DNA from: Gemmatimonadales bacterium | GTDB taxonomy: Bacteria; Gemmatimonadota; Gemmatimonadetes; Gemmatimonadales; GWC2-71-9 | DNA length: 64,000 bases | Direction: 5' to 3' | Assembly: GCA_035309945.1 (NCBI GenBank) | Contig: DATGEQ010000106.1 | Span: 143,503-207,502, forward strand | Part shown: piece by piece, positions 34,429 through 41,763 of the stretch | Position numbering within the stretch: position 1 is the first letter of the stretch | How the letters are laid out: every line of letters starts with the position of its first letter | The notes under the pieces: model-generated | Seen by the model: the letters and a program-made list of their open reading frames with translations, nothing else | What the model was told of the DNA's origin: nothing | Database searches by the model: none | Position numbers and translations under genes: made by a program

Positions 34429-34881
34429 ATGGCAACCGCAACCGCAGTTGTTGCACCCAGCGCCGCGACACTCACGGAACAGCTCGCATTCGCTGGTCGA
34501 CTCCTTCGCCGAATCTCGCCGATCTCCACGGCCGTGCGGCTCATTCTGCACGCAGAGACCGAGACGATGCAGGACGTTGAAGTGGCAATGTCGGTTGTCG
34601 CCAGAGAACTGGACAGCCTTGCCGTTGACGTACTTGAGTGGGAGGGCCGGATAAAGGCGGCACGGCCCGGCGTCATTGACGAGGATTACCCCAGCTACAC
34701 GCGGGCCGAGCTCGCCGACGCGCTGCGCGAGATCCGAGAGGTCCTTGCTGAGGGGTCCACGGTGACGGAACCCGGACCGCTCGACGCAAAGCTCGAGGCC
34801 GCACAGCACGTCTTCGAAGTCACGAACTACGTCCCCGAGAAAATCCGGCGGCCGAGCCGCTGCGCGAAGGAGGACGCATGA
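34429..34881 (+). CDS. hypothetical protein
   Basis: ATG 34429 preceded by GGAGGA (the ORF track starts at GTG 34405). About 150 aa with no recognisable domain. Confidence 0.5.
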   Translation: MATATAVVAPSAATLTEQLAFAGRLLRRISPISTAVRLILHAETETMQDVEVAMSVVARELDSLAVDVLEWEGRIKAARPGVIDEDYPSYTRAELADALREIREVLAEGSTVTEPGPLDAKLEAAQHVFEVTNYVPEKIRRPSRCAKEDA

Positions 34882-35126
34882 CCGCCCCCGTCATCACCAA
34901 GAGCCCGGCGGAGGCGTTGTTCGAAGAGCTCTTGTGGCGTGCATGGACCGTCGAAGCCTTGGGGTCCTCTGCGGCGAACGAGGGGGATAGCGGGCTGATG
35001 GTCACACTACTCTGTGGATTTCGGAAAGACTTGAAGAACCTCACTCGACGGGCCGTCGACGTTGGCGTGCTGGACGAGCTGCACGCGCTGACGGTCGAGT
35101 TCGACGACGACGAGGTGACCACATGA
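34878..35126 (+). CDS. hypothetical protein
   Basis: ATGA overlap with the upstream gene. 82 aa. Confidence 0.45.
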   Translation: MTAPVITKSPAEALFEELLWRAWTVEALGSSAANEGDSGLMVTLLCGFRKDLKNLTRRAVDVGVLDELHALTVEFDDDEVTT

Positions 35127-35467
35127 GCGCGCGCGTGAAGCCGCTTACGCCATCTGCTGAGGTGGGATTGTGTATGCGCTACAAGGCGGTGGCTGATGTT
35201 CTGGATTCAGCGATTCATTGCGCCTGGTTCACAGATGACGAGGTGTGGAAGCGGACGGCCGAATCGGCGCGCCACCGAGCCACACACGGCGACTTCTGCT
35301 ACAGCTATGGTCCCTGTGAACCATGGACCTCGGCGCGCGAGCAGGTGCTCCTCGCCAGCGCGCTGGAGAGAAAAGACCGTACCATGCTCGGAAAACAGAT
35401 CCGGCGCCTAGCGGAACGTCTGCGGGAACAGGCGAATGCGATCGCCCGCACTTTGGAGGGCAGATGA
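35123..35467 (+). CDS. hypothetical protein
   Basis: ATGA overlap with the upstream gene. 114 aa. The stop overlaps the integrase ATG. Confidence 0.45.
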   Translation: MSARVKPLTPSAEVGLCMRYKAVADVLDSAIHCAWFTDDEVWKRTAESARHRATHGDFCYSYGPCEPWTSAREQVLLASALERKDRTMLGKQIRRLAERLREQANAIARTLEGR

Positions 35468-36654
35468 GACACCCAGGCCATATCCAACGCCGCGGCGATC
35501 GGCTGCGCGTGTACCTCTGCGTCGGCGGCCGCCGGCACATCTACACGCTGGCCACGACCGATCGCAAAGAGGCGCAGCAATTCGCCAAGACGAAGCAGGC
35601 CGAGCTCGAGCGCCAGGTCGAACGCCGGCGCGACGGCTATCCCGGGCCGCTCCGAGTCTCGGAGCTGTTCGGGGAATTCGAGCGCGACGAGCTCGTCACC
35701 AAGTCACCGGGCACGCAGCGCAGTTACCGGGACAGCCTCAAGCCGATTCGCTACTACTTCGAGCGCGAGGCGCACGACCCGACCGTCGACCGGATCCGCG
35801 CGGGCGACGTCGAGGGGTTCATGACGTGGCGCCGCACGCACAAGGTCCGGACGGTGAAGCAGCCGGACGGCACGGAGACGATCGAGGTCACGCCGGCGCG
35901 GCTGCACGAGCGCACGATCGTGAAGGATCGCGCCGTCCTCCACGCGATCTTCGAGCTCGCCGATCGGCGCGAGTATCGCGACGGCAACCCGGTCGCGCGC
36001 ACGAAGGCCGCGAAATACGACGCGCGCCAGCCGATCATCCTCACCGACGAGCAGTACGCGCAGCTGCTGGAGGCCTGCGACGACGCGACGGTGCGGCTCT
36101 ATGTCCTCCTGCTCGGCGAGACGGGGTGCCGGGACGAGAGCGAGGCGCTGTGGCTACGGTGGGACGACGTCGACCTCGAGGGCGGGTTCCTGCAATTCGT
36201 CTCCGGCCAGAACGGGCACCGGGTCAAGAGCGGCAAGAGTCGGTGGACGCCGCTCACGCCGGCGCTGACGAGCGCGCTGCGCGATCACGCGGCCGCGCAC
36301 CGGCTCGCGTGCAACACGCCCTGGGTGTTCCACCACGATCGCACGGTCCGCCATCATCACGCCGGCGATCGCATCACGTCGCTGCGACGGTCCGTGACGA
36401 AGGCCGCGCAGCTCGCGAAGCTGCCCGCGGGGTGGCACCCGCACGACCTGCGGCATCGGCGCGTGACGGGGTGGCTCGCCGAGGGCGCGAACCCGGTGCA
36501 TGTGAAGGAGGCAGTCGGGCACGCGGATCTGCGGATGACGATGCACTACACGCACCTGGTGCGTGAGCACCTCAAGTCGCTGGTGAATCCTGGCAACATT
36601 TTGGTAACAAACCGCGAAAACGGACGCAATTCCACGCAGTCAGCAGCAGTCTAA
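35464..36654 (+). CDS. tyrosine recombinase / phage integrase
   Basis: Internal ATG 35464. SAM-like N-domain, then a catalytic domain with ...LLGETGCRDESEAL (Arg), HDLRHRRVT (HxxR) and GHADLRMTMHYTH (Tyr). Confidence 0.85.
   Translation: MRHPGHIQRRGDRLRVYLCVGGRRHIYTLATTDRKEAQQFAKTKQAELERQVERRRDGYPGPLRVSELFGEFERDELVTKSPGTQRSYRDSLKPIRYYFEREAHDPTVDRIRAGDVEGFMTWRRTHKVRTVKQPDGTETIEVTPARLHERTIVKDRAVLHAIFELADRREYRDGNPVARTKAAKYDARQPIILTDEQYAQLLEACDDATVRLYVLLLGETGCRDESEALWLRWDDVDLEGGFLQFVSGQNGHRVKSGKSRWTPLTPALTSALRDHAAAHRLACNTPWVFHHDRTVRHHHAGDRITSLRRSVTKAAQLAKLPAGWHPHDLRHRRVTGWLAEGANPVHVKEAVGHADLRMTMHYTHLVREHLKSLVNPGNILVTNRENGRNSTQSAAV
36592..36610 (+). promoter_or_regulatory. candidate integrase arm-type sites (GGCAACATTT t GGTAACAA)
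   Basis: Near-duplicate of 21042-21063. Lies within the 3' end of int, 104 bp from attR. Confidence 0.4.
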
Positions 36655-36714
36655 AACGGGAGATTTGTAGCGGAATCGAGTCGGGTAGAGCAGGGCGCAA
36701 CGGGTCTGGATCAA

Positions 36715-36754
36715 TTAGCAAACCGCCGCCTTCAGCCACTCGGCCACCTCTCCC
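36715..36754. repeat. attR: 40-bp perfect direct repeat (orphan copy of the tRNA-Ser 5' half)
   Basis: Identical to 20926-20965. The sequence to its left cannot complete a tRNA fold. Confidence 0.9.
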
Positions 36755-36802
36755 CGGGACGGAAGTTCGCGAGTCAGTTGAGGATGAGCAAGTCACAAGG
36801 CA

Positions 36803-37990
36803 TCAGTAAGCCAAGTCGGCTTCAATATCCTCGAGGGTGCGGACGACGCGGTCCCAGCGGTAGAACGTCTCTACTGCGCGTCGGCCGGCTTGACCAAACC
36901 GGCGACGTAGCGGCTCATCGCAGAGCAGTCTCGTCACCGCAGCGGCAACATCCGTCGGATCGTAGGGATCGACGAGCAGGCCGGTGTCCCCGTGGCGGAT
37001 CGCGTCCGCCATGCCACCCTCCCGGCCGGCAACGACGGCGACTCCAGAGGCCGACGCCTCAACCGCCGCGATCCCGAAGCCCTCTACCAGCAGGTCATGA
37101 CGCCGCGACACCAGCGCGAACACATCGGCCACGTTGTAGAGGAAAGGGAGATCGGCTTCCGGAACGAATCCCAAAAACCGAACGGCGTCGCCAAGCCGAA
37201 GCTCCGCGACGAGACGCTCGAGGTAGGCTCGGCACTCTCCCACGCCGGCAATCGCGTAGCGCGCTCCGGGAACGGACGCGCGAATGACCGGCAACGCGCG
37301 AATGACGGTGTCAATACCCTTGTGCCAGTCGAGTCGCGCTACTGTGAGGATCCACGGCCCGCCATGGAGGCCGTAGGCATCTCTAATACGCGTCGTATCG
37401 AGCCCCACGTTGAACTGCACGGGATCGGTGCCTAACGGCACGACGCGCACGCGGTCTACCGATCGATCGAGTCCCACGTGGGCGAGAACCTGCCGGGTGC
37501 ACGCGGCCGTCCACTGACTGTTGGCGACGAACACCGATGCACCTTTGAGCAGCTGGGTGGCCGTGAAGAGCTTGAACCTCGAGCGCTGGACTTTCTGCTC
37601 GAGGAGCAACAGCTCCGCGCCGTGTGTCACTACCCCGTACGGAATGCCGTAGCGGGCGTGAAGCCAGCGGGCGGGATACGCGGCGGGCTTCAGTTCTCCA
37701 CACCACGTAAATCGGGGCTGGAACTTATGCGCAAGTTGATCGGACCGGATGGTCCAGCGCAGCAAGCCGTGAACAGTTCGGAGACGTTGCGCTGACACCG
37801 GGACGCGGTCGATGTGCTGTTGGAAGTTGGAATCGCTCGCCGCGCTGTCGGGATACGATCCGGTTGAAACGACGAGCGAGTAGGGCGGATAGCGCTTCGC
37901 CATCTCTCCCATCATCCGCGCGATGCCGCCTTCGTGCGGCGGGAAATTGAATCCCAGCAGCAGACTGGGAGAACGGGACCTCTCGGCCAC
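36803..37990 (-). CDS. glycosyltransferase family 4 (GT-B)
   Basis: I chose GTG 37990 so that the N-terminus reads LLLGFNFPPHEGGIARMM. C-terminal EGFGIAAVEA motif. Confidence 0.8.
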   Translation of the reverse strand: MAERSRSPSLLLGFNFPPHEGGIARMMGEMAKRYPPYSLVVSTGSYPDSAASDSNFQQHIDRVPVSAQRLRTVHGLLRWTIRSDQLAHKFQPRFTWCGELKPAAYPARWLHARYGIPYGVVTHGAELLLLEQKVQRSRFKLFTATQLLKGASVFVANSQWTAACTRQVLAHVGLDRSVDRVRVVPLGTDPVQFNVGLDTTRIRDAYGLHGGPWILTVARLDWHKGIDTVIRALPVIRASVPGARYAIAGVGECRAYLERLVAELRLGDAVRFLGFVPEADLPFLYNVADVFALVSRRHDLLVEGFGIAAVEASASGVAVVAGREGGMADAIRHGDTGLLVDPYDPTDVAAAVTRLLCDEPLRRRFGQAGRRAVETFYRWDRVVRTLEDIEADLAY

Positions 37991-38015
37991 TGCCGCCTTT
38001 ACTGGAATCCGTGCT

Positions 38016-39182
38016 TCAGGGCGCCGTCGATGGCGCCCCCACGGTGCGCGGAAGACCCGTCGCGGACACTGTGCCCGCCCCACCTGACCTCGTCCGACGG
38101 CGCTCCATCGCTTCACGATACACGATTTCAGTTCGATCTACCATCCGGTCGAGCGAGTGTTCGCGTCTGACAAAATCGCGGCCCGCGTGAGCGAGCCGCG
38201 CCGCGAATGCTGGATCGGCTAACAGCTGCTCGACCGCCGCCGCCCACGCCCGTCGATTCAGCGGGGGCACGAGCAATCCGGTTTCGCCCGACTTGATCAA
38301 TTCGGAATTGCCTCCTGCCCGTGAGGCCACGACGGGCAGGCCAAGCGCCAAACCTTCGAGTAGGGCGAGTGAGAGCCCCTCGATCCGGGAGGGCAGCGCT
38401 GCCAGCGTAGCAACGCGATAGAAGGCGAGAGGCTGGTCGGTGAACGGCACGTACACCACGCGATGTCGTGCGGGCAGCCGGGCTGTCAGCGCCTGGAGCT
38501 GGACATCGGGCGCGATTCCCACGCACACCAGGACCAGCGGGCGTTCGACGAACGCCAGCGCCTCGAGGAGCACATCCTGGTCCTTGCGCCGCGCGAGAAC
38601 GACGATGATGGATCGTCCGCCGACGTCGCCGAGCGCCGCCGCGACGCGCGACATGGCCTCCCGGGATGGCGCCTGATCCACTTGCGCAAAATCGATCCCG
38701 TTGGGGACGACGCGGAGGCGTCCCGCTGGATAGAGTCTGCGGCGCAGACCACGTGCCACCGCGTGACTCACGGCGATCGTTCGGTCCGCAGTGAGCCCGA
38801 TGGCGAGCAGCTCCGGCGGCGACGTGCGTGGCATGGTTTGCCGCGTGACGACGAACCCCTGGCGCAGGCGCTTCCGCCACCGTAGCCACGTCAGCGCCCT
38901 GCGGTCTCGCGTGTCGTGACTGTTGATGAGGTCGACATGCTCGCGCTCCATAACGGCGGCGAGTTCGTCCGCGAGCCGCCCAAGGCGCCGGAAATCCAGC
39001 GGCACGACAGGGAGTCCGGCCTTCGTGGTCAACTGGGCAAGAACGCTATCCGCCCGGCATCCCACGAGGACCCTATGGCCGCGTCGCGCCAACGACGCGG
39101 ACAGACTGTGGATCATGAACGTGGAGCCGGCTTCGTGCCCCGCGTGCGTGACCTGCAGGATTGTGAGGCTACGCTCAGCCAC
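38016..39182 (-). CDS. glycosyltransferase family 4 (GT-B)
   Basis: GTG 39182 gives LTILQVTHAGHEAGSTF... C-terminal EGLSLALLEGLALGLPVV motif. Confidence 0.8.
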   Translation of the reverse strand: MAERSLTILQVTHAGHEAGSTFMIHSLSASLARRGHRVLVGCRADSVLAQLTTKAGLPVVPLDFRRLGRLADELAAVMEREHVDLINSHDTRDRRALTWLRWRKRLRQGFVVTRQTMPRTSPPELLAIGLTADRTIAVSHAVARGLRRRLYPAGRLRVVPNGIDFAQVDQAPSREAMSRVAAALGDVGGRSIIVVLARRKDQDVLLEALAFVERPLVLVCVGIAPDVQLQALTARLPARHRVVYVPFTDQPLAFYRVATLAALPSRIEGLSLALLEGLALGLPVVASRAGGNSELIKSGETGLLVPPLNRRAWAAAVEQLLADPAFAARLAHAGRDFVRREHSLDRMVDRTEIVYREAMERRRTRSGGAGTVSATGLPRTVGAPSTAP

Positions 39183-39849
39183 GGACCGCGCTCTTTCCCT
39201 TCCGGGGACAGGGAAGGAACGCACCAACAGCTTGTTCGATCGCGTTAGGATCGATGCTGCCGTCGGCGCTTGCTCGCTGACCCATCTGCGGCTGCAAGAC
39301 CATGACGCGAGAGAGCGCATCACCGTAGCGCGCGGGGAGTACGCTCGTATACACATCCGCCGTGGCGATCGCGGTGCTTGGCAACAATTCCGCCACCCCC
39401 CCAGGCGGTGGTGGCCCTCGCCACGGAAGTCCATCGATCAGCAGGAGGTTCTCGTGATCGGACGCTCCATGCACGCGCAGGGACGTCGCGAGGTCCCCTC
39501 GGTTAGTGACGAAAGGGGCCGCGGCGAGCCCCGCTAGCACATCCGACTCGCCGACAAGCGGATTGTGTTCGGCCAAATCCACATCCACGCTCGCGCCGAC
39601 CGCGGTCACGTCCACAACGAGCGCATCGAAGCCCAGCCGCTCGAACCGGAGCTGGAGGCGGGATCCCGGTGGATGGTGGACGGCGTATTGCCCGCGGACG
39701 TCGGTGAGGACGAAGTCCGCGCGGCCGACCAGGCCTACCCGCACACCCGGAATGACCTCACCCGTCCCGACTGCCCGCACAGTGCCGTGCAGCGAGTCTA
39801 GTGGGGCCTGCGTGAGGGTAATGGTTGCGACCAGCGCGAGACCGATCAA
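39175..39849 (-). pseudogene. truncated TonB-dependent-receptor-like remnant (CarboxypepD_reg and plug only)
   Basis: 224 aa, compared with more than 700 aa expected. The only start is TTG, with no charged n-region. There is no beta-barrel, and the 3' end overlaps the GT4 gene start by 8 nt. Confidence 0.5.
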
Positions 39850-40039
39850 TCCCCGCCCTCGAGTCTGGAGTGTGTCACGTCCTGACCGCCTTATTACTAC
39901 GCCGGTCGCGCCGCCGCAACCGGGGCGTCGCCACCGGCAGAGTCATCAAGGCTCGTACGAACACCTTCACCTCAATTGGCTGGCATAGGTCATAGGGCTG
40001 GCGGCGCGTTCCAAAGGTTGTGCGGCGGCGCGACAAAGA

Positions 40040-41026
40040 CTAGAGCAGCTGAATCCCCTCGCTGCGATAGCGCGCGTGCAGTTGCTTGATGAATTCGTGC
40101 TGAATGAGGTGTTGATCCTCGATCTCCCGCCCGCGCAAGACGACCGTCAGCGCCACTCCGGGTTTGCTGAAGTTGTTGAATCGCAGGAATGGCTCGAAGC
40201 CGTCGATGCCTTTGGCCACCTGCTTCATGACGATGCGCGCCACGTCCAGCGTCACTGCCTCGACGTGGCTAAGATCGCTATCGTTCGCGACCGTGACGGG
40301 GACGAGCACCGCCATCTCCATTGCCGGCAGGTAGTAGTTGGTCAGCGTCGTGCCGGCGAGCTTCGCGTTCGGCACGATCGTGAGATTGTTCGAGACCTGG
40401 CGAATCGTGGTATACCGCCACGTCACGTCCTGGATGTATCCCTCTTCTCCCGTCGCGAGCTGCACGTAGTCGCCGGGCCGCACCTGGCGCGACGACAGGA
40501 TGTGAATGCCGGCGAAGAAATTGGCGAGCGTGTCCTGCAGGGCGAGCCCGATCGCGAGGCCGCCGATGCCGAGGGCGGTCAGCGCCGGGGTGATCGATAC
40601 GCCGAACGTCTGCAAGATGACGAGGATGCCGATCGTCAGCACGACGAGGCGCGCGACGTTCACGAGCAGCGTCGCGGAAGCGAGCGTGCCGTGCGGCGGC
40701 CGCGACACGTGCGCCACAATCGTGCCCACCAGACGGGCCACCGACCAGCTGATCGAGAGAACGATCAACACGAACAGCGATTGACGGATGCCCAGCGCGA
40801 GCCGGCCCGAGATATCGAGGACCTCGAGCGCGAGGAAGAGACCGCCTGCGGCGCACCAGAGCACCGTCGGTCCGCGAATCGCGGCATACAGCAGGTCGCC
40901 GAGCCAGGACCGGTTGCGGCGACCACCGGGGAAGAGGAGGAGCTGGAGGACGAAGCCGATGATGCCGCCGCCCACGGCGAAGGCAACGGGAGGCAGCAGC
41001 GCCTCGAGGAATTCTCCTTGAATCAT
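40040..41026 (-). CDS. small-conductance mechanosensitive channel (MscS family)
   Basis: Transmembrane helices followed by LGIGGLAIGLALQDTLANFFAGI.IL....VRPGDYV. Confidence 0.85.
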   Translation of the reverse strand: MIQGEFLEALLPPVAFAVGGGIIGFVLQLLLFPGGRRNRSWLGDLLYAAIRGPTVLWCAAGGLFLALEVLDISGRLALGIRQSLFVLIVLSISWSVARLVGTIVAHVSRPPHGTLASATLLVNVARLVVLTIGILVILQTFGVSITPALTALGIGGLAIGLALQDTLANFFAGIHILSSRQVRPGDYVQLATGEEGYIQDVTWRYTTIRQVSNNLTIVPNAKLAGTTLTNYYLPAMEMAVLVPVTVANDSDLSHVEAVTLDVARIVMKQVAKGIDGFEPFLRFNNFSKPGVALTVVLRGREIEDQHLIQHEFIKQLHARYRSEGIQLL

Positions 41027-41083
41027 GGAAGATGGTAGTCAGCAAAACGGCCGGCGGTTCCTTCCGCCGGCCGTTCACGCTTG

Positions 41084-41692
41084 CTACTCGGTTTCCCAAC
41101 TTCGGCGTATGCCAGCGCCGCCTTTGGCGCCGCCGCCATGCGCCGCGTGCACGCCTTCACCGAACTCCTCGATCATCTTCTTGTTGAAAGCGGGAATGTC
41201 GTCCGGCTTGCGGCTCGTGACGAGGCCGTTGTCCGTGACGACTTCCTTGTCGACCCAGTTCGCACCGGCGTTCTTGAGGTCCGTCTTGAGCGATGGCCAG
41301 GAAGTCACCGTCCGGTCGCGCACGATGCCGGCCTCGATCAGGAGCCAGGGCGCGTGACAGATCACGGCCATCGGCTTGCCGGCCTGCGCGAAGCGGCGCA
41401 CGAACTCCACAGCCTTCTGCTCGGTGCGGATCTTGTCGGCATTGATCACGCCGCCCGGCAAGAGCAGGGCGTCGAATTCGTCGGGATTGGCCTGCGCCAG
41501 CGAGACGTCGACCCGCAGCGGATCGCCCCAGCGATCGTGCTCCCACGCCTTGATTTCGCCGGTCTTGGGCGCGATCACCTTCGTCACGGCGCCCTCGGCG
41601 TCGAGCGTGCGGCGCGGCTCGCGGAGTTCGGCACCCTCGAATCCTTCCGTCGCCAGGATGGCGACCCTCAGGCCCTTCAGCCTGTCTGCCAT
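41084..41692 (-). CDS. DJ-1/PfpI family protein (type 1 glutamine amidotransferase-like)
   Basis: ATG 41692 preceded by AAGGAG. Motifs ..VAIL...GFE..E........G.......FDALLLPGG..N.D and ...AVICHAPW (nucleophile elbow Cys-His). Confidence 0.85.
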   Translation of the reverse strand: MADRLKGLRVAILATEGFEGAELREPRRTLDAEGAVTKVIAPKTGEIKAWEHDRWGDPLRVDVSLAQANPDEFDALLLPGGVINADKIRTEQKAVEFVRRFAQAGKPMAVICHAPWLLIEAGIVRDRTVTSWPSLKTDLKNAGANWVDKEVVTDNGLVTSRKPDDIPAFNKKMIEEFGEGVHAAHGGGAKGGAGIRRSWETE

Positions 41693-41763
41693 GCTTTCTC
41701 CTTGTTGAATCGGCATGGCGAGGTACACCGGGGCGGGGTCCGCGTTTCCGCACGAGAGCTAAT

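Larger units (their letters stand above)
20926..36754 (+). mobile_element. integrated phage-like element (defective prophage or satellite), about 15.8 kb, at tRNA-Ser(GCU)
   Basis: 40-bp direct repeats sit at both ends, with the integrase next to attR. The interior carries Xis-like, TerL, tail-chaperone frameshift, tape-measure-like and replication ATPase genes. Confidence 0.85.

Noticed and set aside
36661-36714. Possible second (element-encoded) tRNA 3' half next to attR that would complete a tRNA with the orphan 5' half.
   Set aside because: I tried to fold it. The anticodon-stem 3' strand (TTGAT) does not pair with GCGGT, and there is no T-arm (GACTCGATTCCG lacks complementary stems). 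It is not a tRNA.
37976-39182. Both GT4 genes appear to start GTG-Ala-Glu-Arg-Ser (VAERS). I considered a conserved leader.
   Set aside because: It is only five residues, with different codons. It is most simply explained by paralogy or coincidence, and both start assignments are themselves inferred.
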